A stretch of DNA of 64,000 nt from an uncultured delta proteobacterium (GTDB taxonomy: Bacteria > Myxococcota_A > Polyangia > Polyangiales > Polyangiaceae). The translations under genes were made by a program, and so were the position numbers. Location: contig CAVOKF010000007.1 of NCBI GenBank assembly GCA_963696385.1, positions 1,383,783-1,447,782 of the forward strand. Direction: 5' to 3'. Every line of letters begins with the position of its first letter. The first letter of the stretch is position 1. The notes beneath the pieces are model-generated. The model saw nothing but the letters and a program-made list of their open reading frames with translations, was not told where the DNA came from and searched no databases. Below are positions 1 through 11,398 of the stretch, piece after piece.

Positions 1-78
1 GCGAGGGTGGTGATGAGGATCAGCACGACCATGAGCAGCGTTTCAAGCAACAGCGGCAGCGGAAAGACATCCTTCGCT

Positions 79-200
79 CAATTGGACGGCACTTTCAATG
101 GCAACGGACGCTCCTAAGACGCAGATTAAGACGCGATATGTTTTCGCGCCCGCCTCCGCGGGCTCTTCGTCGACCGGCAGGCTTTGAATGGGCTACTCGC
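79..200 (+). repeat. ~110-bp IS91/ISCR oriIS-like module (M1), with an internal 12-bp duplication
   Basis: Starts CAATTGGACGGCACTTTCAATG and ends GCTTTGAATGGGCTACTCGC; aligns with 37814-37923 and 50300-50398. Confidence 0.8.
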
Positions 201-810
201 GACAACGGCGCATCCGGAGGCACGACGGGCGGTGGGACGGAGACGGCCGGAAGCGGGGGCCGGCGGCGCCACCATTACCGGGACGTTTTAAGGAACTCCC
301 CTCACCGAAGCTTCTGGCGGCACCATTGCGCAACTCATAAACACTGTGGGTACTACCCTGCAGTACGGCGGGTACGGCATGATGACCTACACGGTCGCTG
401 TCGCAATCACCAATGTACCCAACCTTTGCTCCAATGGTAGCGTCGCCGACCTCGCCAACGTCGCCGACGTACCGAGGACGACGAAGAACATTCGTTCATT
501 GGGGTTTTCCTGGCAGGGAAATTGGCCGATCGCCGCCGGTACTTATGATTATTTCAATAATGAAGTCGCCGCGAGGTTTTACGCTACCGATTCGAGCTGC
601 AATGTCTCGGTTTCCGAGATTACGGACGGCGAAGGCATGGTGACCCTGACCACCGCGAGCAGTACGTTGCTTGTCGGCACCTTCGACTTCTTGCTGTTCG
701 GTACGACTGGGTCCGACCATGTCACAGGCGCCTTCAGCGCTCCTTTCCGCGCCGCGCTTCCTTTCGGAGAGCCCGCTATGGACGGGTCGATCCTTTGCGC
801 AAGTTTCTAA
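201..810 (+). pseudogene. 5'-truncated secreted/lipoprotein-like gene (Gly/Thr linker then beta-rich domain)
   Basis: GGTTGGGT linker begins right at the module end; ORF 346-810 is a plausible globular domain with no signal peptide left. Confidence 0.55.
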
Positions 811-823
811 CTCTGGAGCATCG

Positions 824-1901
824 CTAGTGCACCGCCGTCGAGATGCGATCAAGCATTCGGCGGTGGCTCTTGATGATCGCGTTGGCCGGCTTGGTCCATG
901 CGAATGGCGTCGGGTTTGAGTTCCAACTCCGCGTGTAGGCGGCGAGATGTTCGCGGAGGCCCTTCTTGGAGGGGAAGTCCGTCTCACTCAAAGCTGCTTG
1001 CCCAGGATGCCGAAGAAGCCCTCCACCTGGTTGAGCCAGGATGCACTGGTCGGGGTGAAGTGAAAGGTCACGCGGGGATGCTGTTCGAACCAGGTCTTGA
1101 CCTCGGGAGTCGAGTGGGACGACGAGTTGTCGAGGATGACGTGAAGCTCCTGCGAAGGATAAGCGCGGTCGACCTTGTTCATGAACGCGAGGAAGTCGGC
1201 CGCGGTGTGCGATTCACTGACGCGGTGAGTTACTTTACCGGTTGCGACTTCGAGCGCCGCGTAGAGGTCGACAACGCCGTGGCGCTTGTAATCGTGCGTG
1301 CGGCGCCGCGCGCGTCCGACGCGCAAAGGCAAAGGCAGCTGCGTGCGCTCGAGGGCTTGGATCGAGGTTTTCTCGTCAACCGAGAGGACAACCGCATGCT
1401 CGGGCGGGGCCACATACAGGCCGACGACGTCCTTCACCTTCGCGACGAACTCCGGGTCGCGGCTCACCTTGTACGTCCGCGACAGATGCGGCTTCAGTTC
1501 GCATCGACGAAGGACATCGGACACGCACCCGCTCGTGAGACCGACCTGCTTGGCGAGCAGGCGCGTCGTCCAGCGACTGCGTCCCGCCGGCGGAGGCGAC
1601 ATGGCAAGCTGCACCAGGCGCTCCACTGTGTCGACAGGCACTGCGTGATCTTTGCGACCGGCCTTCGGCCGCTCGAAGATCCCTTCGACGCCCTCGCTGC
1701 GGAAGCGGGTCCGGATGCGTGATACCGCCTCGACGGACAGATCGAGACGGCGCGCATCTCACTGCTCGACACCCCTGCAGCGCTCAGCAGAATCACCCTC
1801 GCACGTCGGACAAGCCCCGCAGCCTCGGACGGCCACGCGACAATTCTCTCAAGCTCCAGGCGTTGTGCAGCATCGATCTTGACCAACGGCGTTGCGGGCA
1901 T
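824..1901 (-). pseudogene. IS630 transposase with frameshifts
   Basis: VDEKT, HDYKRHG, ILDN, SWLNQVE motifs; frame changes near 1740 and 995; stop codon uses the target TAG. Confidence 0.88.
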
Positions 1902-1953
1902 GATGCCAGAACCCGCGACGCTCGCCGTTGATTCCATCTCGACGGCGGTGCAC
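827..1953 (-). mobile_element. IS630-family element A
   Basis: Terminal IRs GTGCACCGCCGTCGAGATG / CATCTCGACGGCGGTGCAC, each end in a CTAG (TA target). Confidence 0.92.
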
Positions 1954-1955
1954 TA

Positions 1956-3150
1956 GTACCCCGATTCTACGGAATGGAAGGGTAGAGGCGGCGCAGCTTG
2001 ATGCGTGCGTCCGCCGTGGTGAAGCGCCAGTTGACCTTGCGGTCGGGTCGCGAAGCCTGCCACGCGGAGACGATCGTGTGGAGCGCGCCGATGCTGCCGA
2101 CGCGCTGGTCGAGACACTGTATCGATAGGGTCGAGAGGAAGATTTCGGCGACGTTGAGCCAACTGCCGTGCTTGGGGGTGTGGTGAACCTCGAACCTCTC
2201 GACCAGACGACGAGCCTCTTTGGGCGCGAATGCTTCGTACAGGCACGAAAGATCGTGGATGTTGAGGTTGTCCATGACCAAGACGATGACGGTCGCGGTT
2301 GCGTAGGTCTCGTCGGACAGGCGGGCTAAGAAATGCGCCATGTCGACGGCCGTGCGTCGCTCGGTCACTTCGACGACGGATTGCCCGGTCAGCGGTTCCA
2401 CGGCAGCGAAGATGTTGGCTGTGCCGCACCGCTTGTATTCGTCATCGACGCGGGCCGGTGTGCCGGGGCTCGCAGGAACGGGCTGGCGGGTGTGCTCGAG
2501 CAACTGCTTGCTGGTCTCGTCGAGACAGACCTGCGGCCGGTCCGGATCATAGGGTCGATGGTAAACGTCGAGCACATCCTCCATGCACTTTACGAACGCC
2601 GCGTTTTCCTCAGGCGGAATGCAGAAGCGCTCTACAAGCCAGGGCTTGATTTCGTTTTTTTTAGACCGCGCTGGACCGTGCTCGGGCTGACGGAGTCGAA
2701 CACCTTCAGCTCGACGAGTCGGTCCGCGAGAAGCGAGATGGTCCACCGTGCCCGCCCTGCGGGCGGCTCACTGCAAGCAATCTGAACCAGCCGCGCCTCC
2801 GAGGCCCCGTCGAGCTTTCGCGGCCGCGACGGGGTGTCTTGGGGCTTGCGCTCCAGGCACGCTTCGACGCCGCGCTCGCAGCAGCGCTTGCGCACGCGCT
2901 CCACCGTGACGAGCCCGGCCTCCAAGTCGTCCGAGATTTCCTGATCGGTCAGCCCTTCGTCGGCTTTCAGCAAAATGCTTGCGCGAAGCCTTTTCAGGCC
3001 CGAGACGCGCTCACGCTTCACGAGCTGCGTCAGCGCCGCCCGCTCGTCCACCGTCAGATTCACTACGTAGCGCTTTTTCATGGCCCACCATGGAGCACGC
3101 CCTCGTCGCCATGGAAAGCAAAACCCGTCGCGTCAATGGATTCGAGGTAC
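1956..3150 (-). mobile_element. IS630-family element B
   Basis: Ends GTACCCCGATTC...GATTCGAGGTAC flanked by CTAG; shares CTAG 1953-1956 with element A. Confidence 0.92.
1967..3081 (-). CDS. IS630 transposase, two ORFs joined by a probable programmed -1 frameshift
   Basis: HTH ORF 2632-3081 plus DDE ORF (CLDETSKQ, MDNL, SWLNVAE); A8 slippery run at KKNEIKPW (~2655-2662). Confidence 0.9.
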
Positions 3151-3153
3151 TAG

Positions 3154-3500
3154 TTACCGGAGCAGGGTCTTCGGGTTTGCGCCGAGCGCTTCCTGCGCAC
3201 CAGACCGAACGCGTCGATCGCCCAAGCCATGGCGGCCAGAACGGCCTCCGTCGCCATGCCGCGGCCCCACCATGCCCGTCCGATCGCGTAGCCGATCATC
3301 GCAGTGTGCGTTGCTGCGTCGACCTCGAAGTTCATCGTGCCGATGACCATGTGCGGGAGGAATCGCGCGAACTCGGCGTCGTCCCGATAGGCCAGCGCAT
3401 CGTCGATGTCGCCGATGCGAAAAGGACGAAGGACGAGGCGTTCGGTCGTGATCGCCGCCGGTATCCCTGTCATCGTCGCCGATGGTATCTCTATCGACGA
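3154..3500 (-). pseudogene. RimJ/RimL-type GNAT acetyltransferase relic
   Basis: TERLVLRPF...IGYAIGRAWWGRGMATEA; appears internally deleted and cut by IS630. Confidence 0.7.
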
Positions 3501-3615
3501 GCAGATCGCTTGCCGAGACGGTCCCGCCTTGCGCAAGAGGTGACGCGCACGCGGAAGCGGCGCGCGCGCGGCGCTATGCTCGCTTTTCCGGGGCCGCTTG
3601 TCCCGGGCGATCGCC

Positions 3616-5073
3616 ATGACCTTCCCTCCTTGCGAGCCGTCTTCTCCCGGGTCCACCGATGCTCTGGAGGGATGCAGTGTCGTCGTCGCGGATCCTACCG
3701 GAGAGGTCCATCGCCTGCTGGAAGAGGCGCTCGCTGGCCGCGGCGCGAACCTCGTTCACGGGCGCCGGTGGGAAGACGCCCTCGCGGCACTGGAAAGGGG
3801 CGCGGCGGACATCCTGGTCGCAGCTTCTCCTCTCGCCGGTGCCCTCGATTGGCTCCGGGCGTCCCAGGCGCGCTGGCCCGGGATGCCTGTCTTGTTGGTC
3901 ACCGACCCGGCCTCGACGCGCGACGTCGCGGACGCGATTGGCGCCGGCGCGGACGACATCCTCGTTCGGCCAGTCACGGCGGGCCAGCTGGCGTTTGCGG
4001 TGCACAAGGCGCTCGTCGTGGCGCGCCGAACCGCGCCCGGGCCCCCGCCTCCCGCCGCGGGTTCGGAGATCGTCTTCGGTCGCTCCCGTGCCATGGCCGC
4101 CTTGCGCGTCTTGCTGCAGCAAGTGGCGCCCGCATCCTCGACGGTACTGGTGCGCGGCGAGAGCGGTACGGGCAAGGAGCTCGTGGCACGCGCACTCCAC
4201 CGCCTCAGCCCGCGAAGCCAGCGGCCCTTCATCAGAATCGATTGCACGTCTCTCCCGGAGACGCTGATCGAGAGCGAGCTCTTTGGTCACGAGAAGGGCG
4301 CCTTCACGGGCGCGGCGGCCGCGAAAGCGGGGCGGGTGCAGCTCGCGGATGGGGGGACGCTATTTCTCGACGAGATCGGAGAGCTGGGCTTGCCGATGCA
4401 AGCCAAGCTCCTCCGCCTCCTCCAGGACCGGGAGTTCGAGCGCCTCGGCGGAAAGAAGACGATTCGCGTGGACGTACGCGTCGTCGCGGCAACGCACCGC
4501 GATCTGGAAGGCATGGTGGCGAGTGGTACGTTCCGCCAGGATCTCTTCTATCGCCTGAACGTCGTCCCGCTCTGGATCGCGCCCTTGCGCGCCCGGCGCG
4601 ACGACATAGAAGAGCTGGCCGGCCATTTCTGTCGTCAGGTCGCGGTCGCCAACGCCAAACCGGACTTGCGCCTGGAGGACGAGGGCTTGCGGCTGCTCGC
4701 GTCGCAGCGGTGGCCCGGCAACGTTCGCCAGCTTCAGAACTTCGTCGAGCGGCTCGTCGTGCTTTGCGCGGGTTCCCGCATTTCCGAGGCCGACGTGCGC
4801 GCGGAGCTGGGGCGTCCTGTGAAGTTTGCGACGGATACGGGCTTGTCGGTGGGAGGCACCGCCAAGGAATCGAGTCGGGGCGGGCCCGTTGTTCCGCTGG
4901 ACGAAGCGCGCCGCCGGGCCGAGCGCGAGGCGCTGCTGCGCGCCTTGAATCACACGGCAGGCAATCGCAGCGCCGCCGCCCGCCTCCTCGGAGTGAGCCG
5001 ATCGACTTTCTACGCCAAGCTCGAAGAATACGGCCTCCTTGGAGCGCCGCCGAGTCCGGAGAAGATCGTATAG
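3616..5073 (+). CDS. sigma54-dependent activator with a degenerate receiver domain, AAA+ and Fis HTH
   Basis: GESGTGKE, GAFTGA, LFLDEIGE, WPGNVRQL, C-terminal HTH. Confidence 0.95.
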   Translation: MTFPPCEPSSPGSTDALEGCSVVVADPTGEVHRLLEEALAGRGANLVHGRRWEDALAALERGAADILVAASPLAGALDWLRASQARWPGMPVLLVTDPASTRDVADAIGAGADDILVRPVTAGQLAFAVHKALVVARRTAPGPPPPAAGSEIVFGRSRAMAALRVLLQQVAPASSTVLVRGESGTGKELVARALHRLSPRSQRPFIRIDCTSLPETLIESELFGHEKGAFTGAAAAKAGRVQLADGGTLFLDEIGELGLPMQAKLLRLLQDREFERLGGKKTIRVDVRVVAATHRDLEGMVASGTFRQDLFYRLNVVPLWIAPLRARRDDIEELAGHFCRQVAVANAKPDLRLEDEGLRLLASQRWPGNVRQLQNFVERLVVLCAGSRISEADVRAELGRPVKFATDTGLSVGGTAKESSRGGPVVPLDEARRRAEREALLRALNHTAGNRSAAARLLGVSRSTFYAKLEEYGLLGAPPSPEKIV

Positions 5074-5089
5074 GATAGCGCGACGCGCG

Positions 5090-6593
5090 GTGAAGTTATC
5101 GTCCGGTCTCGTGCTTGGTGAGCGGTACCGCTTGGATCGTCCCCTGGGCGCCGGGGGTATGGGCGAAGTCTGGGCCGCCACGCACATGGTTACCGGGCGC
5201 CCGGTGGCCCTCAAGCGCCTGCTCCCGGCCCTGAGCACGGGCGCGGACAATCAGGCGCGGGCCCGGTTCGTGCTCGAGGCGCAGGCCGCATGCGCGGTCG
5301 AGCACCCCAACGTCGTCGAGATCCTCGACTACATGGAACCTGAGGACGAGGCGCCGGTGATCGTCATGGAGCTGCTGCAGGGTGAGACCCTCGCGGCTCG
5401 GCTCGCGCGCGAGCACGTGTTGTCGCTCGCGGAGACGGCGAATGTGATTCTTCCGGTGGCCTCGGCGGTGGGGACCGCGCATGCGCGCGGAGTGGTGCAC
5501 CGCGACTTGAAGCCGGCCAACATATTCCTGACCCGCCGCGGCGAGGGCGAGCCCGTCGTCAAAGTGCTCGACTTCGGGATCGCCAAGTGGCTGGTCCCGC
5601 GCGCCGGGGAGGCTGCACCGCGAACGCAGACCGGGTCGACGCTCGGAACACCCTCCTACATGGCGCCGGAGCAGGCCGTGGGCGACCGGCGCATCAATCA
5701 TCGGGTCGATGTCTGGTCGCTCGGGGTCGTGCTCTACGAGTGCCTCAGCGGCGCGCGCCCGGTGGAGGGGGAGAACGCCGCGCACATGATGATGCGCCTC
5801 ATGAGCACCGGGATCATCCCGATCGGGCAACTCGTCCCCGGCCTTCCGCGCGAGCTCGGGGATCTCATCGGCCGGATGCTCGCGCGCCAGCCTTCGCGGC
5901 GGCCTCGGGATATGCGTGAAGTCTGCGCGGCCCTGGCGCCGCACGCCAAGAGATCGGTCCCGTCCTTTGGAGAACCGCAGGTCCAGTCGGTCGGTGCCGA
6001 CAATCTCGCCGTCGCGTCTTCGACGGTGGCCCCTCACGTTTCATGGGGGGAGACCGCATCGCACGCGGGCGCCACACGGGCAGGCGAGCGCGGAGGCCGT
6101 GCTTCCGGGCAAGGGCCCCCGCGCGCGCGCCTGTTCGCGACGGCAATTGCCCTGTGCGGCTTTGCCCTCGCGGCCATGGAGTGGCATCGGGCGGCATCGT
6201 CCTCGATTCGTCCCGCGATTGCCGCCCCCACGGCGTCGGCGCGGTCCACGGACGTGCGCGACGACCGCGCCGTCGCACCGGCGGCGCCCGGGCCGAGCGC
6301 GGAGTTGCCGACGGCAGAAGTCGACTCCGAGTCCCGTCCGGAGCTCGCCGCGGCAGTCGCTTCTTCGCGAGCGACGGCGATTCTGGGCCTGACCGTACAC
6401 CCGAACGCAAGACCGTGGCCCGCGACCTCGGGCCACGTCGAGACGCGGGACGCCCCCCGCGCTGCGCCGCGCAGCCCACTCGCGTCCCCCCCCCGTTGCG
6501 CCGGCGGCGGCGAGCGCCAGCGCGATCTCCGCGGGCAGGACTGTCCCGCCGGCCCCGGCGCCGCACGACCCGCTCGACATTCACCTGAAGTGA
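5090..6593 (+). CDS. Membrane Ser/Thr (Hanks) protein kinase; frameshift in C9 run at 6486-6494
   Basis: GAGGMG, VALK, HRDLKPAN, DFG, GTPSYMAPE, TM segment; removing one C gives the tail ...PHDPLDIHLK*. Confidence 0.9.
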
Positions 6594-6608
6594 GGAGGGC
6601 CCGCTCGC

Positions 6609-7613
6609 ATGCGCAATCTCCGCTACGTTCTCGTGGTCGCCGGCCTCTTCGCGTCCGCACCCGCGCGAGCGGACGCGCCGCCGGACCGGACGACCGCGAG
6701 CGTCGCCGCGGATCCTCCCGACGCCGGACCCGACGCCGCTCCCCCCGCGCTCGCAGACGTGCTCGTGGGCCCGGCCCGAGAAGACTACTTTGCGGCACGG
6801 CAGCTCTACGGAGACGGAGAGTTCGCGCGCGCACTCGCTCGATTCAAGGCGGCTTACAATGCCTCTCAGGATCCGCGCCTGCTGTGGAACGCTGCGGTCT
6901 GCGAGAAGGCGATGGGCCACTATGCGGCGGCAATCGCGCTCGTGCAACGCTACCTCGAGGCGGGAGCACCGCGCGTGACTCCGGAGGCCGAGCACGAAGC
7001 CCGGGCCTTCGTGACGGCCGCCGCCACCCGCACCGGGCGGCTCGACGTGGTCTCGAGCGAAGGGGAAGCGCGGGTCTACGTCGACGGTGTCGCGGTCGCG
7101 CAAACACCTCTACGCCCGGCCCACGTCGTATCGGTCGTCGACGAGGGCCTCCACCAAGTTGCGCTGGAGAAGAGTGGATTCGCCCCGTTCGCGACCCAGG
7201 TCGCCGTGCGCGCGGAGAGCGAGGCGACGGTGGTCGCCGTGCTCGTGCGAGTCGACCCTCACGGCCGCGTCGCGGTGCACGCCGGTCCGGGCGATGCGAT
7301 TGCTATCGATGGTCGCGTCGTCGCGGGGGGCACCTGGGAGGGCGAGCTCTCTGCCGACACCCACTCCGTGCGGGTGACCGCCTCCGGAAAGCGGACCTTT
7401 CGGACGGATCTGCTCGTCGGCGAAGGAGAAACGCGGGAGCTCGACGTCAGACTCGAGCCCAGCGCCGCCGGCTCGCTCCCCGCCTGGGCATGGATCGTCG
7501 GGGGAACCGTACTCGCCGCCGGAGCCACGACCGCCGCATACTTTCTCTTCCGCACCGGCGGCGAGCCGGCCACTCCTGCCCAAGGGACCATCGCAACCGT
7601 ACATTCGCCTTAG
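6609..7613 (+). CDS. Secreted TPR + PEGA-domain protein
   Basis: Signal peptide, TPR-like helices (ALARFKAAY..LLWNAA), PEGA-like ARVYVDG/GLHQVALEKSG, C-terminal hydrophobic segment. Confidence 0.85.
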   Translation: MRNLRYVLVVAGLFASAPARADAPPDRTTASVAADPPDAGPDAAPPALADVLVGPAREDYFAARQLYGDGEFARALARFKAAYNASQDPRLLWNAAVCEKAMGHYAAAIALVQRYLEAGAPRVTPEAEHEARAFVTAAATRTGRLDVVSSEGEARVYVDGVAVAQTPLRPAHVVSVVDEGLHQVALEKSGFAPFATQVAVRAESEATVVAVLVRVDPHGRVAVHAGPGDAIAIDGRVVAGGTWEGELSADTHSVRVTASGKRTFRTDLLVGEGETRELDVRLEPSAAGSLPAWAWIVGGTVLAAGATTAAYFLFRTGGEPATPAQGTIATVHSP

Positions 7614-7619
7614 CCCTGA

Positions 7620-9354
7620 ATGCCTTCACGGTCCTGCTCCCTGGCTTTCCTAGCAAGCGTCATCGCTTGCGGCGCGGTTGGTTCCTGCAGCCGCGAGCCA
7701 GTGGGCGAGCTCCTCCTGGTCGTCACGACGGACCTGTCCATCCCCAAGGACCTCGATACGCTCCACGTCAGTATAACGCTCCCGGGAGGCGGGACGCTTC
7801 TGGACCAGGACTATCGGCTGGACGTCGCGGACCCGTGGTTGCCGGGAACGATCGCCGTGGTCTCGGGCCCGAAGACGACGGGGCCGGTGACCGTTCGTGC
7901 TGCCGGACTTCTCGCGGGGGTCGAGCGGATTTCGCGAGAGGTGATCGCGACGGTGCCCGACGATCACGTGGTGACCTTGCCGCTCCCGCTCGACTGGCTG
8001 TGCATCGGCGTTCCATGTGCCGAAGGCGAGACGTGCCAGGCGGGCGCGTGCGTTTCTGCGACCGTCGACGCCGCGGCGGCGAGCGGCGTGCCCCCGCTGG
8101 CCTCTCCGGGCGCGGGCGCAGCGAGCGCCGCGGAAGGAGGCGCGGCATGCTTCGAATCCCGCGGCGTGCTTCACCTCGGCGACGCTGTGGCCGTTGCCCC
8201 TGGGAGCGGGCTGCTCATTGCCCAAGCCGGGCGGAGGCGCGGGGGTCGACGTGGCGCTCCTCGTGCGCGGAGGAGACGGGGTCTGCCAGGGGGGAAGCTG
8301 TCTCGTGGTCCTCGAGGGGGAAAGCGCGGAGGGATGGCGGAGCAGCGCGGACGGGGCGCAGATCGAGCTTCCGCCGGCCGTCTGCGAGAACGCCGCCGTC
8401 GCCGCGGTGGAAGTGACGACGGCGTGCGCGGGCAACGAAGACAACGTCGTCCTCTGCGCCGGTGATCCCGACCTCGGCACCGGGTGTACCGGAGATGCAG
8501 GCAAGGCGTGTCCCGAGGGCTACGCCTGCGCGAACTTCGGTCGCCAGAGCCGGTGCGTTCCTTCGAATCCCCCGGTCGTCGTCGGTGTCGTCGACGCCGG
8601 GTCTGCGCCCGATGGCGAGGATGGCGGCGAGTGCACCCCGGAGGCGGGCCCGGGAGCGGTCCTGATCGACGACATGACCGGATCAGCCCAGATCAAGCTA
8701 GCGATTCCCGCGGGGTCCGGTACGCCCGGCTTCTGGTTCACGTTCGACGGGGCCGGTGAGGCCGGTGAGATTGAGCCCGCGATGGGCAGTGCTTTCAGCT
8801 ACGCCGCGGTGACGCCGACCGCGGTGTGCGCGCCCCCGGTATCGCGCGCCGCGTGCATGCGCAGCGCAGTGGCCGTCGTCGACTTCGCGGGGATGGGTTT
8901 CAATTTCAGGACGGCGGGGACCAACGCCGACGGCGGCCCGTCGCAGCCGATCCCCCTCGATGTGAGGGCCTACAAGGGCATCCGTTTCTGGGCAAGGGCC
9001 GCTGCCGGCGGTATGCAGAATCTATCGGTCCAGTTCCCCGACGGGTCCAACTACGCCTCTTCCCCTGGCGCCGCGTGCTTGTCCGCGCAGCCGCTCACAT
9101 GCGGCAACTACTTTCAGTCGACGGTGGCGCTCACGGACCTCTGGCAGCCTTACGAGGTCGATTTCGCCTCGCTCTCGCTGCTCTTGAACGAAGCGGACGG
9201 GTTCTATTCGGCAAGCGCGTTCGACGACGCCGCGGCGATCGGCGTGGAGTTCTCGCTATTCCCCTCTGGACCGGATGCGGGGGGCGTGCCCGACGCGAAC
9301 GCCGGGCTGGGCTTCGACGTCTGTGTCGCGTCAATCTACTTCGTACCGCAATAG
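7620..9354 (+). CDS. Cys-rich lipoprotein with a C-terminal CBM11-like domain; 1-nt frameshift near 8155
   Basis: Signal + Cys; the two ORFs join as CFDPAAC; LIDDM, GFWFTF, YKGIRFWA motifs. Confidence 0.75.
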
Positions 9355-9578
9355 CGGCAGCGGGCTTGCTCTCTGCGACGGGCGAGGTGTCCGGAACGCC
9401 GGACAGTGTACGGGCCGCCGCACGGCCGCACGAGGCCTCACGAGAAGAGCGCGCCCGAACCCCGGCCGATTCGGAACGCCCGCGCGCGACGCCGCACGCG
9501 GGCGAAGAGAGCTAGAAACGCGGCCTTCACGGCGCCATCATGATCCGAGATTCGAAGGTCCCCCTGCGGTCATCGACG

Positions 9579-9594
9579 CGGCACGGAAGCTGCG
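9579..9594 (+). promoter_or_regulatory. Putative sigma54 -24/-12 promoter
   Basis: CGGCACGGAAGCTGC (GG-N10-GC) upstream of the 9661 lipoprotein. Confidence 0.55.
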
Positions 9595-9660
9595 ATGACC
9601 GAGACCCCGGGGCCACATGCTGCCTTGCCGGCAGCGCACGACGGCCAAGAGGAAACAGTC

Positions 9661-10527
9661 ATGTCGAAAAGTCGCATCTCACAAGTGTTGGCGTTTGCCG
9701 GAACATCGGGCCTGGCCCTCGTTCTCGGATGCTCGAGCGCGGGTGGGGCGCCATCCGCCGAAACGGACGGGGGAGGCCTGTCCTCCGGCCCGGATCCGAC
9801 CGAGGGCGGAGCGCCGCAGGTCGTGGAAGACGCCGGGGGCAACGCCCCTGTAAGTTACACCCTACTGGACGACATGGAGCGAGCGGACCAGTTCGCGACC
9901 TGGGCTCCCCCAGGCTCAACGGGCTTCTGGTCTACCCATACGGACCCCGCCCAGGTGGACTCGATTTCGCCCGGAGCGACCTGGTCTTACTCCGCCGTGC
10001 CGACGCCTTACGAGACGTTCCCTGGAATCACCAGTACTCACGCGGCGCGCTTTCGTACCCTCCAGCCCCTCGTGAACACGTTCGGCGGCTCGATGGGCCT
10101 CGCCTTCGTCGACGCGACCCGCGCGGCCGCGGGGGACTTCAGCATGAGTCTTCCGGTCGACCTGACCAAATACCGAGGCCTCACCTTCTGGGCAATGGCC
10201 GATCAGAGCGAAGACGCGACGATCCTTCTCGAGCTTTTCGACAAGAATACGTATCCGAGTGGAGGCGTGTGCACGGACAGCGATGGCGGCACCGCCAATT
10301 GCTACAATGGGTTTGGGACGACGCTGACGCTGACGGGCGCATTCACCCAGTACACCGTGGACTTCTCCACCCTCGCGCAAGACCCCACGTGGGGTTTTCA
10401 ACCCTTGCCCGACGTGCCGGATCTGGAGAACACGTACGTGCTGGTCGTGCAGGTCAATACGCCGGCGGGCGCCGCGAGCGTCACGTTCGACGTCTGGATC
10501 GACAATCTCTACCTCATCGACAAATAA
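9661..10527 (+). CDS. Lipoprotein with a CBM11-like carbohydrate-binding domain
   Basis: LVLGC lipobox; LLDDME, DLTKYRGLTFWA, FDVWIDNL; paralogous to the preceding C-terminal domain. Confidence 0.8.
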   Translation: MSKSRISQVLAFAGTSGLALVLGCSSAGGAPSAETDGGGLSSGPDPTEGGAPQVVEDAGGNAPVSYTLLDDMERADQFATWAPPGSTGFWSTHTDPAQVDSISPGATWSYSAVPTPYETFPGITSTHAARFRTLQPLVNTFGGSMGLAFVDATRAAAGDFSMSLPVDLTKYRGLTFWAMADQSEDATILLELFDKNTYPSGGVCTDSDGGTANCYNGFGTTLTLTGAFTQYTVDFSTLAQDPTWGFQPLPDVPDLENTYVLVVQVNTPAGAASVTFDVWIDNLYLIDK

Positions 10528-10847
10528 CGCCGCGAGCGCGGCCGACGCGCGATTGCGGGCAACTTGTCGAGCGCGCCGCCGCCCGCTCGACGCGCAGCGG
10601 CGCCCGCTCTTCAAGAGCAGTCGGCGGCCCCGCCGACCCGGAGTCGTACCATGAGGCCGACTCGGTCCCAGAGAACGGCGCGCCGGCATCTGCGGAGGGC
10701 GGCGAGCAGTCAGCCGTAGCAGGCTACGCGTGATGGCGGAAGCAAGGGAGCAGGCAAGGCCGCGATTGCGGTCGACGGGAGCGGATTGGAGAAGTCCGGG
10801 ATGCCTCGGCTGAGGGCAATAGCCTCAGAAGAAGGAGGTCATCCAGG

Positions 10848-10952
10848 ATGAAAGCCAAACGTACGTATGCCGCGGTCGATGTCGAGCAATTCGATCTGGC
10901 GGCGGTTCTGCCCCTGGTCGCACTGGGCTTACTACTCGCCCTCCATGTCGCG
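10848..10952 (+). pseudogene. Possible IS110 transposase N-terminal fragment
   Basis: Strong RBS GAAGGAGG; MKAKRTYAAVDVEQFDL...LALHVA resembles the IS110 start (xIDVAK). Confidence 0.35.
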
Positions 10953-11049
10953 TGACCTGACTCTGTACCGGCGCTTCGATCAAGGGCGCGGCTGCGACTT
11001 TCCCTCTTTTCTTCGTTTTCTTCGGAGCGATCGGAGTGAGGTGTTTGAG

Positions 11050-11398
11050 TGGCAGCGTCAGCATCCGTGACCGTGCCGCGCCATGATCTCGACAATCGCT
11101 GCCAGTCCGCTCGGGGGCCAGATCCTCGCGAACGCGAATGGTCACGCCGCCGGCGGTGATCTCGACCTGCTCCGGCCCTCCCGACGTCACCGGGACGGCA
11201 ACGAACGCCGGCGCCACCACCTCGGCTATGCGCTTCTGCCGCCAGCGCCGCTACGGCCACGATCGTGCGCCGAGCGCCGTCCGACGCGAACGGCGCCATG
11301 ACGAGAGCGGCCGCCGCCGCAAGTTGAACCGCCGACCCCTCGCCGAGGGATCGGCCTGACGAAGTCGATAGCCCGTCACATCCTACGTTCCGTGCTAC
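11050..11398 (-). mobile_element. IS66 remnant (left end, tnpA, first codons of tnpB)
   Basis: GTAGCACGG end at 11398; APAFVAVPV..IRVREDL then MLTLP, homologous to 33795-34125. Confidence 0.75.

Noticed and set aside
5039..8416. 1125-aa kinase in the ORF track
   Set aside because: Read-through after the C9 frameshift; overlaps two real genes. The extensions of 16188-18611 and 54413-55951 are similar artefacts
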